Shown here piece by piece: positions 1 to 9,862 of a stretch of DNA of 64,000 nt. The position numbers and the translations under genes were made by a program. Position 1 is the stretch's first letter. Every line of letters begins with the position of its first letter. The notes under the pieces were generated by a model. The model saw only the letters and a program-made list of their open reading frames with translations, searched no databases and was not told the DNA's origin. The DNA is from Rhizobium sp. Q54 (GTDB lineage Bacteria; Pseudomonadota; Alphaproteobacteria; UBA2966; CAIVPW01), in contig CAMDCA010000005.1 of the NCBI GenBank assembly GCA_945889645.1, forward strand, positions 7,728-71,727, given 5' to 3'.

Positions 1-249
1 GCGTTCCCTGTTGATGATGCGGCCGCGTAGCATTCCGGATTCTTCGGAACGGAACACGCTGCCGCGATAGACGAAGTACGGCAGCGGCAACACGCGCCCC
101 GAATACTCGTCGGCCGCCGGATAGTCCGGCACGTAGCCGGTACCGACTACGACTCCCAGCTCCCACAGCGGCAGCGGCGCTTGCGCGGCGGCACTGCCCG
201 CGAGCAGGGTGAGTGCGCCCGAGACGACGGAGATTGCCCAAGTTCGCAT
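1..249 (-). CDS. MipA/OmpV-family outer membrane protein, 5' part (runs off window start)
   Basis: Hand translation MRTWAISVVSGALTLLAGSAAAQAPLPLWELGVVVGTGYVPDYPAADEYSGRVLPLPYFVYRG: signal peptide plus the WELG/PDYP/LPLPYFVYRG pattern typical of the family. Not in the ORF track. Confidence 0.75.
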   Translation of the reverse strand, partial: MRTWAISVVSGALTLLAGSAAAQAPLPLWELGVVVGTGYVPDYPAADEYSGRVLPLPYFVYRGSVFRSEESGMLRGRIINRER

Positions 250-434
250 TTGATTGCCTGCTCCGCACGGCGGGATGTTCCGGAAGGGCGGCGAGTGTCG
301 CACGGCGGACGCGGCGGTCAAGGGCCTGCGCTTGTCTAGCCGAAGGCAGGAGTGCATGCTTTCGGTCCGCAACGGCGACGCGTGCCTCGGCCATCGTGGT
401 CCGGCCCGCCTTCGCCACCTTCGAGAGGGATGGC

Positions 435-932
435 ATGCGGAGCGATTGCCGCGCCGCGCCACCCGACGCGAGGATTCGACTGCGGGTCCTGCTCGCCGTC
501 CTTGTCCTGGCCTTTGCTCTGCCGCTGCCGGCCACCGCGCAGATGGCCGCTGCGGGCCAGTGGCTAACTCAAGACGGTGAGGCCCGCATCGACACGTTCG
601 ACTGTCAGGGCACGTTGTGCGGGCGCATCGTCTGGCTGCGTGTTCCGTTCGACGAGGCGGGGCGCGTGCGGCGCGACGCGGTGAACGAGGATCCCGCCCT
701 GCGCACCCGTACGCTGCTGGGGCTGCCGGTCGTGTCAGGCATGTTGCCGGATGGTCCGGATCGGTGGGTCGATGGCATCGTGTACTCGCCGTCCGAGGGA
801 AGGGAATTCCGTGCCAGTGCAACCCTGCGCGGTCCCAATACGCTGGTCGTGCGTCTGTATCGCTGGCAGCCATGGCTCGGCTGGCTGCCGTGGATGAGTG
901 AAACGCACGTTTGGACACGGGTGTCGGCATGA
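435..932 (+). CDS. DUF2147-family secreted protein
   Basis: Signal peptide, then GQWLT...LCGRIVWL...D..N.DP..R.R.LLGL...W.DG.VYSP.EG. Confidence 0.8.
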   Translation: MRSDCRAAPPDARIRLRVLLAVLVLAFALPLPATAQMAAAGQWLTQDGEARIDTFDCQGTLCGRIVWLRVPFDEAGRVRRDAVNEDPALRTRTLLGLPVVSGMLPDGPDRWVDGIVYSPSEGREFRASATLRGPNTLVVRLYRWQPWLGWLPWMSETHVWTRVSA

Positions 933-2206
933 CCACGATGGACCTACGCATTGTTTCAACGCGCGCGCGCATCGCCTGGGCGCTATTCGATTGGGCCAAT
1001 TCTGCCTACGCGACGCTGATCGTCACCTTCGTATTCTCGACGTACTTCGCCCTGGCCGTGGTGGGCGACCCGCTGCGCGGCCAGCAGCTGTGGGGCTGGG
1101 CGGCAAGCGCCAGCGGGTTGGCCGTCGCCATTCTGGCGCCCGTCCTGGGTGCGGTCACCGACGCCGGCGGTCGCCGCAAGCCGTGGCTGTTCGGATTCAC
1201 CGCTGTGGCCGCCGTCGGCACCGCGCTGCTGTGGTCGAGCGAGCCCAACCCCGCGTTCATTGTCTGGGTGATGGTCTGGTACGCCATCGGCAATCTCGGC
1301 ATCGAATTCGGCGTCGTGTTCGCCAACGCCATGTTGCCCGACCTGGTCCCGCCGTCGCGCATCGGACGCTGGTCGGGATGGGCGTGGGGACTGGGCTACG
1401 CCGGCGGCATCGTCTCGATGGTGGTGGCGTTGCTGGCGTTCGTGCAGGCCGACCGCCCGCTGTTCGGCCTCGACAAGCTGGCGTTCGAACACATCCGCGC
1501 CGTCGCACCGCTCGCCGCGTTGTGGCTGATCGTATTTACCGCGCCGCTGTTCCTGTTCACGCCGGACCGCCCGGCGACGGGTGGCAACCTGCTGCAGAAC
1601 TTCGGCGCCGGCCTGCGCCAGTTGCGCGGGACTCTTGCGCTGATGCGCGCCCACCGCAACACGGCGCGGTTCCTGATCGCCAACATGATCACCATGGACG
1701 GGCTGGTGACCGTATTTGTCGTCGGCGGCATTTTCGCAGCCGGCGCGTTCGGCCTGAGCCAGACCCAGGTGCTGATGTTCGGCATCGTCCTGAACCTCAC
1801 CGGCGGCCTGGGCGCGGCGGCGTTCGGCTGGGTCGATGATCGCGCCGGTCCCAAGCGCACGATTCTGATCGCGATGGTCGGACTGTTCGTTACCGCCGCC
1901 GGCGCGGTCGCCGCGCCGAGCGCGACGTGGTTCTGGATTTTCGGCTCGGCGCTGGGATTGTTCGTCGGCCCGGTGCAGGCCGCCGGGCGTTCGATGATGG
2001 CGCGACTCGCGCCGCCCGGTCACAGCACCGAGTTCTTCGGCCTGTTCGCCTTGTCGGGCAAGGCCACAGCATTCCTCGGACCAGCCGCGGTGGCGACGGT
2101 GACCGCCGCGACCGGAAGCCAGCGTTGGGGCCTGTCGGTGCTGTTGCTGTTCTTTGCGGTCGGCGGCGCCGTGCTGTGGACGGTACGCGAGCCGCCGCGC
2201 CGCTAG
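929..2206 (+). CDS. MFS transporter (UMF1/ATG22-like)
   Basis: AWALFDWANS N-terminal motif, about 12 hydrophobic segments, EFFGLFALSGK; ATGA overlap with upstream gene. Confidence 0.85.
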   Translation: MTTMDLRIVSTRARIAWALFDWANSAYATLIVTFVFSTYFALAVVGDPLRGQQLWGWAASASGLAVAILAPVLGAVTDAGGRRKPWLFGFTAVAAVGTALLWSSEPNPAFIVWVMVWYAIGNLGIEFGVVFANAMLPDLVPPSRIGRWSGWAWGLGYAGGIVSMVVALLAFVQADRPLFGLDKLAFEHIRAVAPLAALWLIVFTAPLFLFTPDRPATGGNLLQNFGAGLRQLRGTLALMRAHRNTARFLIANMITMDGLVTVFVVGGIFAAGAFGLSQTQVLMFGIVLNLTGGLGAAAFGWVDDRAGPKRTILIAMVGLFVTAAGAVAAPSATWFWIFGSALGLFVGPVQAAGRSMMARLAPPGHSTEFFGLFALSGKATAFLGPAAVATVTAATGSQRWGLSVLLLFFAVGGAVLWTVREPPRR

Positions 2207-2424
2207 CGGTCCTCGAACATCTGCACGAACTTGCGCGGCGCGACTTCGCGCCAACGCCGGAGCAGCTCGTCGAGCGGCACTCCGAGGATCGCCAGCGTGT
2301 CGTCGTCCACTTTGAGGCGCGCGACAAGCTTGCCCCTCACTTTGACGGCGCGCGTGCCGTACGACGTCGCTTCTTCGATCCCCGGCAAATCGGCGACCGG
2401 CGCCAGCACGTCGTCGAAGGTCAT
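2203..2424 (-). CDS. MmcQ/YjbR-like small protein, apparently shortened internally (73 aa)
   Basis: LPGIEEATSYGTRAVKVRGKLVARL N-terminus and WREVAPRK C-terminus; ATGA coupling to the upstream TPR gene. Confidence 0.6.
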   Translation of the reverse strand: MTFDDVLAPVADLPGIEEATSYGTRAVKVRGKLVARLKVDDDTLAILGVPLDELLRRWREVAPRKFVQMFEDR

Positions 2425-3908
2425 CCGACAAAATCGAAGCGCTGGGCAACTGCAGCCCGCACTGCCTGCAGCGGCGAGGACCAATCGCCCATAGCCGGCT
2501 GCCTGTACAGCTGCGCCGTCGGATACCACGGGCTGTCGGAGCGGCCAAGCAACCAGCGCCACGTCGGATCGTAGCCAAGGACCAGCCATAGGGGCTTGCC
2601 GAGCGCGCCCGCGAGATGCGCCACCGACGTGTCCACCGAAACAACCAGGTCCATCTGCGCGGCAAGCGCCGCCGTATCGGCGAAATCGGCAAGCTGGCCG
2701 GTAACCACGCGCACGTCCGGACGCATGGTGAGCGCCTCTGCGTCCGCGGGGCGCACGTCCTTTTGCAGGCAGATGTAGTCGGCTCCGTCCGGCAGTGCCG
2801 TCGCGAACTTCGCGAAGGTCAACGAGCGCTGGTCATACTCCAATCCGCCGCTGCCGGACCACGCCACGCCGACGCGCGGGCGCACGCGGCGGCCGAGGGT
2901 CAGCTGCCAGCGCGCACTCGCCGCCGCCTCGGCAGCCAGGTACGGCACCGCGGCGGGAATGCTCTCTAGGGTCGTCTTGAACGCCAGCGGCAGGCTGAGA
3001 ATCGGGCAGTGCACGTCGAACGGCGGCAACGCCTCGCCGCGCGCGACGACGCGATCGACGCCTTTCAAGCAGCGTAGCAGCGGCGCCAACGACGGCTGCA
3101 CCTCGAGCACGACGCTGGCACCATGCTTCGCCACCAAGGGTGCGTAGCGGCAGAAGTGCAGAGTGTCGCCGAAGCCTTGCTCGGCGTGCAGCAGAATGGT
3201 CTTGCCCGCCAGCGGCGTGTCGCCGCGCCACAACGGTTGTGCAAACGTCCGCCACAACGGCGCGACCGCCGCCGTCTTCCACCGCCACTCGTACAGCGGC
3301 CAGGCCGTGGCAAAGTCGCCCGCCAGCAGGTTGGTGAACGCCTTGTTGAGATAGAAGTCGGCGCGATCAGGTTGCAGCGCGATGGCACGGTCGAACGCGG
3401 CAATCGCCTCATTGGTACGCAGCAAAGACGAAAGCGCGTTGCCGCGGCCGTAGTGGGCCTCGGCATGGTCGGGGCGCAGTGCCGCGACTCGCGTGTAGGC
3501 GTCCAACGCTTCCTGGGGTCGCTGCAGGTCGGCCAGCGCGACGCCGCGGTTGTAGTGCGCCTGCGCGTTGCCAGGATTGACGCGGAGCGACCCATCGTAG
3601 GCCGCCAGCGCGTCGTCGAGACGGCCCACCTCCAGTAGCGCGTTGCCGTAGTTCATCAGCGCGGTGGCATCCCCAGGCCTGGCGCGCACCGCCTTGCCAA
3701 GGATATCGGCGGCCTCCGGCGCCCGGCCGCGCTGGCCTTCGAGCACGCCGAGCAGATGCAGCGCATCGAAGTTGCGGGGATCGGCGCGCAGCACCTGACG
3801 ATAGGCGAGCGCCGCCTGGTCGAGCTGTCCGCGCTGGTGCAACGCCGACGCCTCTGCCAGCTCGCGCTGCTGCGGTTGCGCCGCGCCTGCGGGAGGCCGC
3901 GTCGTCAT
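2421..3908 (-). CDS. TPR-repeat protein with C-terminal glycosyltransferase family 9-like domain
   Basis: Multiple TPRs, YEWRW, AEQGFGDTLHFCRY, DLVVSVDTSVAHLAGALG, WRW...SPWYP. Confidence 0.85.
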   Translation of the reverse strand: MTTRPPAGAAQPQQRELAEASALHQRGQLDQAALAYRQVLRADPRNFDALHLLGVLEGQRGRAPEAADILGKAVRARPGDATALMNYGNALLEVGRLDDALAAYDGSLRVNPGNAQAHYNRGVALADLQRPQEALDAYTRVAALRPDHAEAHYGRGNALSSLLRTNEAIAAFDRAIALQPDRADFYLNKAFTNLLAGDFATAWPLYEWRWKTAAVAPLWRTFAQPLWRGDTPLAGKTILLHAEQGFGDTLHFCRYAPLVAKHGASVVLEVQPSLAPLLRCLKGVDRVVARGEALPPFDVHCPILSLPLAFKTTLESIPAAVPYLAAEAAASARWQLTLGRRVRPRVGVAWSGSGGLEYDQRSLTFAKFATALPDGADYICLQKDVRPADAEALTMRPDVRVVTGQLADFADTAALAAQMDLVVSVDTSVAHLAGALGKPLWLVLGYDPTWRWLLGRSDSPWYPTAQLYRQPAMGDWSSPLQAVRAAVAQRFDFVG

Positions 3909-3910
3909 CG

Positions 3911-5503
3911 CTAGTGGCGGAAGTGCCGGATGCCGGAGAACACCATGGCGAGGCCGCGCTCGTCGGCGGCCCGGATGACTTCGTCGTCGCGCATGGAGCC
4001 GCCCGGCTGCATGATCGCCGTCGCGCCCGCCTCAGCGGCGGCAATCAGTCCGTCGGCGAACGGGAAGAATGCATCGCTGGCGACCACCGAGCCGATCGTA
4101 TCGGATTTCGCCACGCCGGCCGCCTTCGCAGCATCATCGGCCTTGGCGCGGGCGATGCGCACGGAGTCGAGGCGGCTCATCTGTCCGGCGCCGATAGCGG
4201 TGGTGGCGCCGTTCTTGGCGAACACGATTGCGTTCGACTTGACGTGCTTGCACACGCGCATGCCGAACAGAAGATCGCGCAATTCGGCGTCGGTCGGCGC
4301 ACGCTTCGTCACGACCTTGAGCGCCGCGGCCTCAACCATCGCGGCGTCGCGTGTCTGCACCAGCAGTCCCCCCGCAAGGGAGCGCACCGTCAGCCCGAGC
4401 GTGCGCGCATCGGGCATGTGGCCGATGAGCAGCAGGCGGAGATTCTTCTTGCTCGCAAACGTCGCGAGGGCCGCCGCGTCGGCGTCGGGCGCGATCACCA
4501 CCTCGGTGAATATCTTGACGATCTCGGCTGCGGCGGCGCCGTCGAGCGGACGATTGGCGGCGACAATGCCGCCGAACGCGCTGACCGGGTCGCAGGCCAG
4601 CGCACGGCGATAGGCGTCCGTGAGGGTATCGCCGATGGCGACGCCGCACGGATTGGCGTGCTTGATGATCGCCACCGCCGGGCCGTCGAACTCGGCCGCC
4701 AGCTCGATGGCCGCGTCGGCGTCGCCGAGATTGTTGTAGGACAACTCCTTGCCCTGCACCTGGCGGGCGCTGGCGACGCCGGGGCGCGGATCGGCGCTGC
4801 GATACAGCGCGCCGATCTGGTGCGGGTTCTCGCCATAGCGCAACGACAGTGTGCGCTGGCCAACCATGACGATGCGCTCGGGCAGAGAATCGCCAGGGGT
4901 GCCGGGCGCCTGCTGCTGGGCGAACCAAGCGGCGATCGCGGCGTCGTAGGCCGCCGTGCGGGCGAACGCCTTGGCGGCCAGCCGGCGGCGCAGGTCGGGC
5001 GAAGTGGCGCCGGCGTTGGCGTCCATCTCGCGTGCGACCTCGGCCAAGTCCGCGGCATCGACAACGACCGTGACGTAGGCGTGATTCTTCGCGGACGAAC
5101 GAATCATCGCCGGGCCGCCGATGTCGATCTGCTCGATGCATTCGGCGAAGGGAGCGCCCGCTGCGACGGTCTGCTCGAACGGATAGAGGTTCACCACCAC
5201 CAGATCGATTGGCGCGATCCCGTGCTTCTGCATGGCGTGCACATGCTCGGGCTCATCGCGCAGGCCAAGGATGCCGCCGTGCACCTTCGGATGCAGCGTC
5301 TTCACGCGCCCGCCGAGCATTTCCGGGAAGCCGGTGAAGTCCGACACCTCGCGCACCGGGAGACCCGCGGCCGCGATCGCCTTGGCCGTCCCGCCGGTGG
5401 AGAGGACTTCGACCTTGTGCTTGGCAAGAACGCGCGCAAATTCGACCAGCCCGGTCTTGTCGGAAACCGAAACCAGCGCACGGCGGATGGGATGATTGTT
5501 CAT
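3911..5503 (-). CDS. purH: Bifunctional AICAR transformylase/IMP cyclohydrolase
   Basis: [49 protein letters not shown]. Confidence 0.97.
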   Translation of the reverse strand: MNNHPIRRALVSVSDKTGLVEFARVLAKHKVEVLSTGGTAKAIAAAGLPVREVSDFTGFPEMLGGRVKTLHPKVHGGILGLRDEPEHVHAMQKHGIAPIDLVVVNLYPFEQTVAAGAPFAECIEQIDIGGPAMIRSSAKNHAYVTVVVDAADLAEVAREMDANAGATSPDLRRRLAAKAFARTAAYDAAIAAWFAQQQAPGTPGDSLPERIVMVGQRTLSLRYGENPHQIGALYRSADPRPGVASARQVQGKELSYNNLGDADAAIELAAEFDGPAVAIIKHANPCGVAIGDTLTDAYRRALACDPVSAFGGIVAANRPLDGAAAAEIVKIFTEVVIAPDADAAALATFASKKNLRLLLIGHMPDARTLGLTVRSLAGGLLVQTRDAAMVEAAALKVVTKRAPTDAELRDLLFGMRVCKHVKSNAIVFAKNGATTAIGAGQMSRLDSVRIARAKADDAAKAAGVAKSDTIGSVVASDAFFPFADGLIAAAEAGATAIMQPGGSMRDDEVIRAADERGLAMVFSGIRHFRH

Positions 5504-5689
5504 GACGGCCTTGTGGGACAGCTTCCGGCGGAGAAGCGTTAGATCGGGATCGAAATCCCGATGCCCAGGCGAACGGCCGACACTGCCCGTGCTTCCCGAT
5601 GGTGTGTCCATCCGATGTCGCCAGTCACGCGAACACCGGCTGTATAGCGGGGTTGGCGACGCGCCCGCAAGGGCGCGGCAGACCGCGGT

Positions 5690-6526
5690 CTACGGCCGCA
5701 GAACCAGGCCTTCTTTGGCCACGATCGAGCCCGGGCGCTTTTCCGTCACCGCCTTGGCGATGCCGTCCATGAAGTCGTCGTCGTGGTCGGGATCGTGGTG
5801 AAACACGACGAAGGTCTTGGCGCCCGCGGCCTCGCACAAGCGTACGCCTTCTTCCCACGTCGAATGACCCCAGTCGGCGCGCTTGGGGAACTCGGCCTCG
5901 GTGTACGTCGAGTCGTAAATCACCAGGTCCGCGCCTTTGATTAGCGCCAAGATGTTCTGGTCCGGCTTGCCGATGACGTGCTGCGTGTCGGTGAGATAGC
6001 AGATCGACTTGCCGTTGAATTCGATGCGATAGCCGGTGGCGCGATCCGGATGATTGAGTCGCGTCGTGCGCAACTTGACACCGGGGCGCGGCTCCAGAAC
6101 TTCACCGGCTTCGAAGTCGAGGTACGTAATGTTGGCGGTGAAGATTTCCGGCGGCACCGGGAACAGCGGCGAGAACATCATCTCGGAGATGACGTACTTC
6201 ACCGTCATATCGCGCGCCTTCAAATGGCCGGCCCAGATGCGGATCTGGCTGGTCTTGATGAACAGCGGCACGAAGAACGGCAGGCCGCAGACGTGATCGA
6301 AATGCGTGTGGGTGAGGAACAGGTCGGTATCGACCGGCCCACTCTTCAGCAGGTCGTTGCCGAGATAGCGCACCCCGGTGCCGGCGTCGAACAGCAACAT
6401 GTGCTTGCCGCAGCGGACCTCGAGCGACGACGTGTTGCCGCCATAGCGCGACGTGCGCGGCCCTGGGGTCGCGATGCTGCCGCGCACTCCCCAGAAGCGG
6501 ACATAGAAGTCCTCGCTCTCGGCCAC
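5690..6526 (-). CDS. MBL-fold metallo-hydrolase (phosphodiesterase-like)
   Basis: FWGVRGS, YGGNTS, DAGTG, THTHFDH, WGHS, FHHDP. Confidence 0.85.
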   Translation of the reverse strand: MAESEDFYVRFWGVRGSIATPGPRTSRYGGNTSSLEVRCGKHMLLFDAGTGVRYLGNDLLKSGPVDTDLFLTHTHFDHVCGLPFFVPLFIKTSQIRIWAGHLKARDMTVKYVISEMMFSPLFPVPPEIFTANITYLDFEAGEVLEPRPGVKLRTTRLNHPDRATGYRIEFNGKSICYLTDTQHVIGKPDQNILALIKGADLVIYDSTYTEAEFPKRADWGHSTWEEGVRLCEAAGAKTFVVFHHDPDHDDDFMDGIAKAVTEKRPGSIVAKEGLVLRP

Positions 6527-6654
6527 CTAAACGCGCCCCCTGCCTAGAATCCCCCGATTGAGGGCATTCTGCCGAAGTCCCTGCTAGTCCGGAAGTCGCT
6601 TTCCTGGCGGATTCCCGCCGGATCCCGTCCGATCCGCAGCCAGGCAGTGAACCC

Positions 6655-7344
6655 CTATGGGATGAGCCGGTACCCCCCCGGCTCAGTCACGAGGATAACC
6701 GCAACCGACGGATCGCGCTCCATTTTTTGACGCAGCCGGTAGACATGGGTTTCCAGGGTGTGGGTCGTGACCCCAGAGTTGTAGCCCCACACCTCCGACA
6801 GCAGCGTGTCCCGGTTCACCACTCGGGCGCCGGCCCGGTACAGGTACTTCAGGATCGCCGTCTCTTTCTCGGTCAGGCGCACTTTGCCGCCTGTTTCCGC
6901 GTCAATCAGCAGCTTGGCGGCCGGTCGGAACGAGTACCGACCGATCGCAAATATCGCATCTTCGCTCTGTTCGTGCTGGCGCATGTGCGCCCGCAGGCGT
7001 GCGACCAGTACGCCCAGACGAAATGGCTTGGTGATGTAGTCGTTGGCACCCGACTCGAGGCCGAGGATTGTGTCCGCATCGCCGTCCTGGGCCGTCAACA
7101 TGATGATCGGCGACTTGACGCCGGACCGCCGCAACAGCCGGCAGACCTCGCGGCCGTCGAGGTCCGGGAGGGCGACGTCCAGCAAGATCGCGTCGAAATG
7201 TCGCGTCTTGGCGAGTTCCAGGGCGCGCGCGCCGTTCTCCGCCTCGGTCGTCTCGAACTCCTCGTCCAAGTCGAGTTGCTCATGCAATGCGTCGCGCAAG
7301 GCATTGTCGTCGTCCACGAGCAAGACCGTCTTGGCGGTAGCCAT
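6655..7344 (-). CDS. cenR: OmpR-family response regulator, CenR/OtpR-like
   Basis: Receiver plus winged helix; HEQSEDA, RLTEKE, WGYNSGVTTHTLETHVYRLRQK match the alphaproteobacterial CenR clade; next to yggS. Confidence 0.75.
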   Translation of the reverse strand: MATAKTVLLVDDDNALRDALHEQLDLDEEFETTEAENGARALELAKTRHFDAILLDVALPDLDGREVCRLLRRSGVKSPIIMLTAQDGDADTILGLESGANDYITKPFRLGVLVARLRAHMRQHEQSEDAIFAIGRYSFRPAAKLLIDAETGGKVRLTEKETAILKYLYRAGARVVNRDTLLSEVWGYNSGVTTHTLETHVYRLRQKMERDPSVAVILVTEPGGYRLIP

Positions 7345-7554
7345 CGAGGGGAGGGGTCCGGCAAAGGGTTTCTGAAAGGCGGGCGAAGCATGCACAAGTC
7401 CGCCACTGCACACAACAAAGCACCGCCGGTTTTGTCAGTCACAAACCCGCGTGCGGCGCGCCCGGCAGGAAGTTCCTAGCGGCGCCAGTCCGGCGCGAAC
7501 GCAATGGCGGAATTGCGGCACCGGAGGTGGCGTGCGGCTTGCTTGGGTAGGCGC

Positions 7555-8334
7555 ATGCTCGGACCGTTGCCCGCCGCGACCGCTGCACCCGATACGACAC
7601 GCGACGCATCGCCGGCCGCCAAGGCCGCGTGGGGCGACGACGGATTCACGTTCGGCGACCTGGTCGACATCGTCAATCCGCTGCAGCACGTTCCGGTCCT
7701 CTCCTGGGCCTATCGCGCCCTGTCCGGCGACACCATCGCGCCGGCCGCGAAGATTCTCGGCGGCACCTTGTTCGGTGGCGCCGTCGGCTTTGCGCTGAGT
7801 GTTGCCGATGCCACGCTGCAAGGGATCGCTGGACGAGACGCCGGTGAGGCGGCTGTGGCCATGTTCAGCGGGCGCGAGCGAGACATTCCGGCGCAATCAC
7901 TCGGCGGCACGCTCCTTGCGCGCGCCGAGACACCGGCCGCTCCCGCCGCAGATCGAGGGCTGACCGAGCAGCAGTTTGCACGCCTTACCAACACATTGGG
8001 CGCGGTACCGGTCGCACCGCAGATGCCGGCGTGGCAACGCGCCGCGGCGAATATGCCCGAGGATCAAGTAGCAATTCTGCTGCGGTCGGTCGGTTTGCCA
8101 CCGCGCGCCGGCGCAGCGACTGGCCAGCCGATGCCAGCGACAGAGGCCCCGGTAGCGATCGCTCCGGCCGGGAGCGTTGTGACGGCGTCGTTCGCGGCGA
8201 TGCCGGCGTTGCCGGTCTCGGCCGTTGCCGTCACGGAACTTGCGCCGCCCGCCGCGGCGCGCCGCGATGAACGACTGGTTGAAGCAGCCGCCGCGGGCGA
8301 GGAACTGCGCCGCCTGTTCGCCACGCCGCGTTAG
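7555..8334 (+). CDS. Hypothetical protein
   Basis: Conserved-looking core DDGFTFGDLVDIVNPLQHVPVLSWAYR...GGTLFGG followed by an Ala/Pro-rich tail; start uncertain (7504 or 7555). Confidence 0.6.
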   Translation: MLGPLPAATAAPDTTRDASPAAKAAWGDDGFTFGDLVDIVNPLQHVPVLSWAYRALSGDTIAPAAKILGGTLFGGAVGFALSVADATLQGIAGRDAGEAAVAMFSGRERDIPAQSLGGTLLARAETPAAPAADRGLTEQQFARLTNTLGAVPVAPQMPAWQRAAANMPEDQVAILLRSVGLPPRAGAATGQPMPATEAPVAIAPAGSVVTASFAAMPALPVSAVAVTELAPPAAARRDERLVEAAAAGEELRRLFATPR

Positions 8335-8351
8335 ACTCGACGCGCGGCGCT

Positions 8352-9035
8352 CTAAGGCGCCGTTCGTGGGCCGAAAATTGCCGAGCCAACGCGCACGCTG
8401 GTCGCGCCGAGCGCGACCGCATCTTCGAAATCGCCGCTCATTCCCATGCTCACTTCGGCGAGGCGATGGCGTGCCGCAAGCTTGGCCAGCAGAGCAAAGT
8501 GCGGCGCCGGCGGATCGTCGTGCGGCGGAATGCACATGAGGCCGACCACCGGAAGGTCGAGTTCGCCCTGACACAGCGTAAGAAATTGCGGCAGATCCGC
8601 GGGCAAGATGCCCGCCTTCTGCGTTTCTTCGCCGACGTTGACCTCGACCAGGCACGGCACGCGGCGGCCACTCGCCGTCATTTCCGCGGCCAGTGCGTGC
8701 GCCAGCTTGGGGCGGTCGAGCGTTTCGATGATGTCGAACAATGCCAGCGCTGCACGGACTTTGTTGGTCTGGAGCGGTCCGATCAGGTGCAGCACGACGC
8801 CCGGATGGCGGGCGCGCAGATCGGGCCATTTGCCGTGCGCCTCTTGCACCCGGTTCTCGCCGAAATGACGATGGCCGGCGCGCAGGGCGGATTCGATCGC
8901 TTCGACTTCATGCGCTTTTGAAACTGCGACCAGCGTGATCGCAGCAGGCTCACGGCCTGCGTCACGCGCCGCTCGCGCGATGCGTGTCTGCACCGATTCA
9001 AGGCTTGCCGCCACGGTGGCGCCGTTGGTTGTCAT
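8352..9035 (-). CDS. yggS: PLP homeostasis protein
   Basis: LVAVSK, FGENRVQE, HLIGPLQTNK, SMGMSGD, VRVGSAIFG. Confidence 0.95.
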   Translation of the reverse strand: MTTNGATVAASLESVQTRIARAARDAGREPAAITLVAVSKAHEVEAIESALRAGHRHFGENRVQEAHGKWPDLRARHPGVVLHLIGPLQTNKVRAALALFDIIETLDRPKLAHALAAEMTASGRRVPCLVEVNVGEETQKAGILPADLPQFLTLCQGELDLPVVGLMCIPPHDDPPAPHFALLAKLAARHRLAEVSMGMSGDFEDAVALGATSVRVGSAIFGPRTAP

Positions 9036-9116
9036 TCCGCGACCCTAGCAGAGGCGCCGCGCCGCGTGCCACCGCGGGTGCTTGCGCGTGTTGCCGCTGC
9101 ATGGCTTTGATGGCGG

Positions 9117-9749
9117 ATGGAGTCGCCGGTGCCTGCGAACGTAGATGCGCTCCACCGCATGGCAGCGCAGTTGCGCGCCGCGGCCGGGAGCCCGCGCGCC
9201 GCAAACGGTTCTGCGTTGCCGGCGCTTGTCTTGGTAACGGATGAGTCGCGGCTGACCGACCCGGTGGCGGCGTCGCGCCGGTTGCCGGCCGGCGCTGCGG
9301 TGCTGCTGCGTCACTACGATCATCCAGAGCGTGCGGCGATTGCGCGTGCGCTGCGTGATGTCTGCCGCGCGCGTGACCTGGTGTTGTGGGTCGGTGGCGA
9401 CGTCGCCCTAGCCCGGTCGGTCGGGGCAAGCGGCGTGCATCTGCCCGAGCGGATGCTTGCCGGCTGGCAGCGTGGGTCGTGGACCGGAACGGTTACGGCC
9501 GCCGCGCACTCTGCTGCAGCGTTGCGGGCCGCTAAGTCCGCTGGCGCCGACGCAGCGATCTTGTCGCCGGTGTTCATCACTGCGAGTCATCGGGATGCCA
9601 CGCCACTGGGTGTCCCCGGCGCCGCGCGCCTGATCGCGGCGGCGGAATTGCCGGTCTACGTGCTGGGCGGCATCAGCACCGCGAATGCAGCGACCCTGGT
9701 TGGCTGCGGCGCCGCGGGCATCGCCGCCCTCGACGGCCTCGCGGAGTAA
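9117..9749 (+). CDS. Thiamine-phosphate synthase-like (ThiE/TenI) protein
   Basis: GVHLPE, AAAHS, LSPVF.TASH, PVYVLGGI. Confidence 0.8.
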   Translation: MESPVPANVDALHRMAAQLRAAAGSPRAANGSALPALVLVTDESRLTDPVAASRRLPAGAAVLLRHYDHPERAAIARALRDVCRARDLVLWVGGDVALARSVGASGVHLPERMLAGWQRGSWTGTVTAAAHSAAALRAAKSAGADAAILSPVFITASHRDATPLGVPGAARLIAAAELPVYVLGGISTANAATLVGCGAAGIAALDGLAE

Positions 9750-9800
9750 CGCGGCCGCCAACACGGTCCACAAACATATTGGCCGCGGCAACGCGGCCCG

Positions 9801-9838
9801 AAAAAACATTGAGGGCGGACCTTTCGGTCCGCCCTCAA
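9801..9838 (-). terminator. Intrinsic terminator of the porin gene
   Basis: Perfect 13 bp stem TTGAGGGCGGACC/GGTCCGCCCTCAA with GAAA loop on the minus strand, followed by TGTTTTTT. Confidence 0.85.
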
Positions 9839-9862
9839 GCATCCCCCTAAAGCGGGACTATT

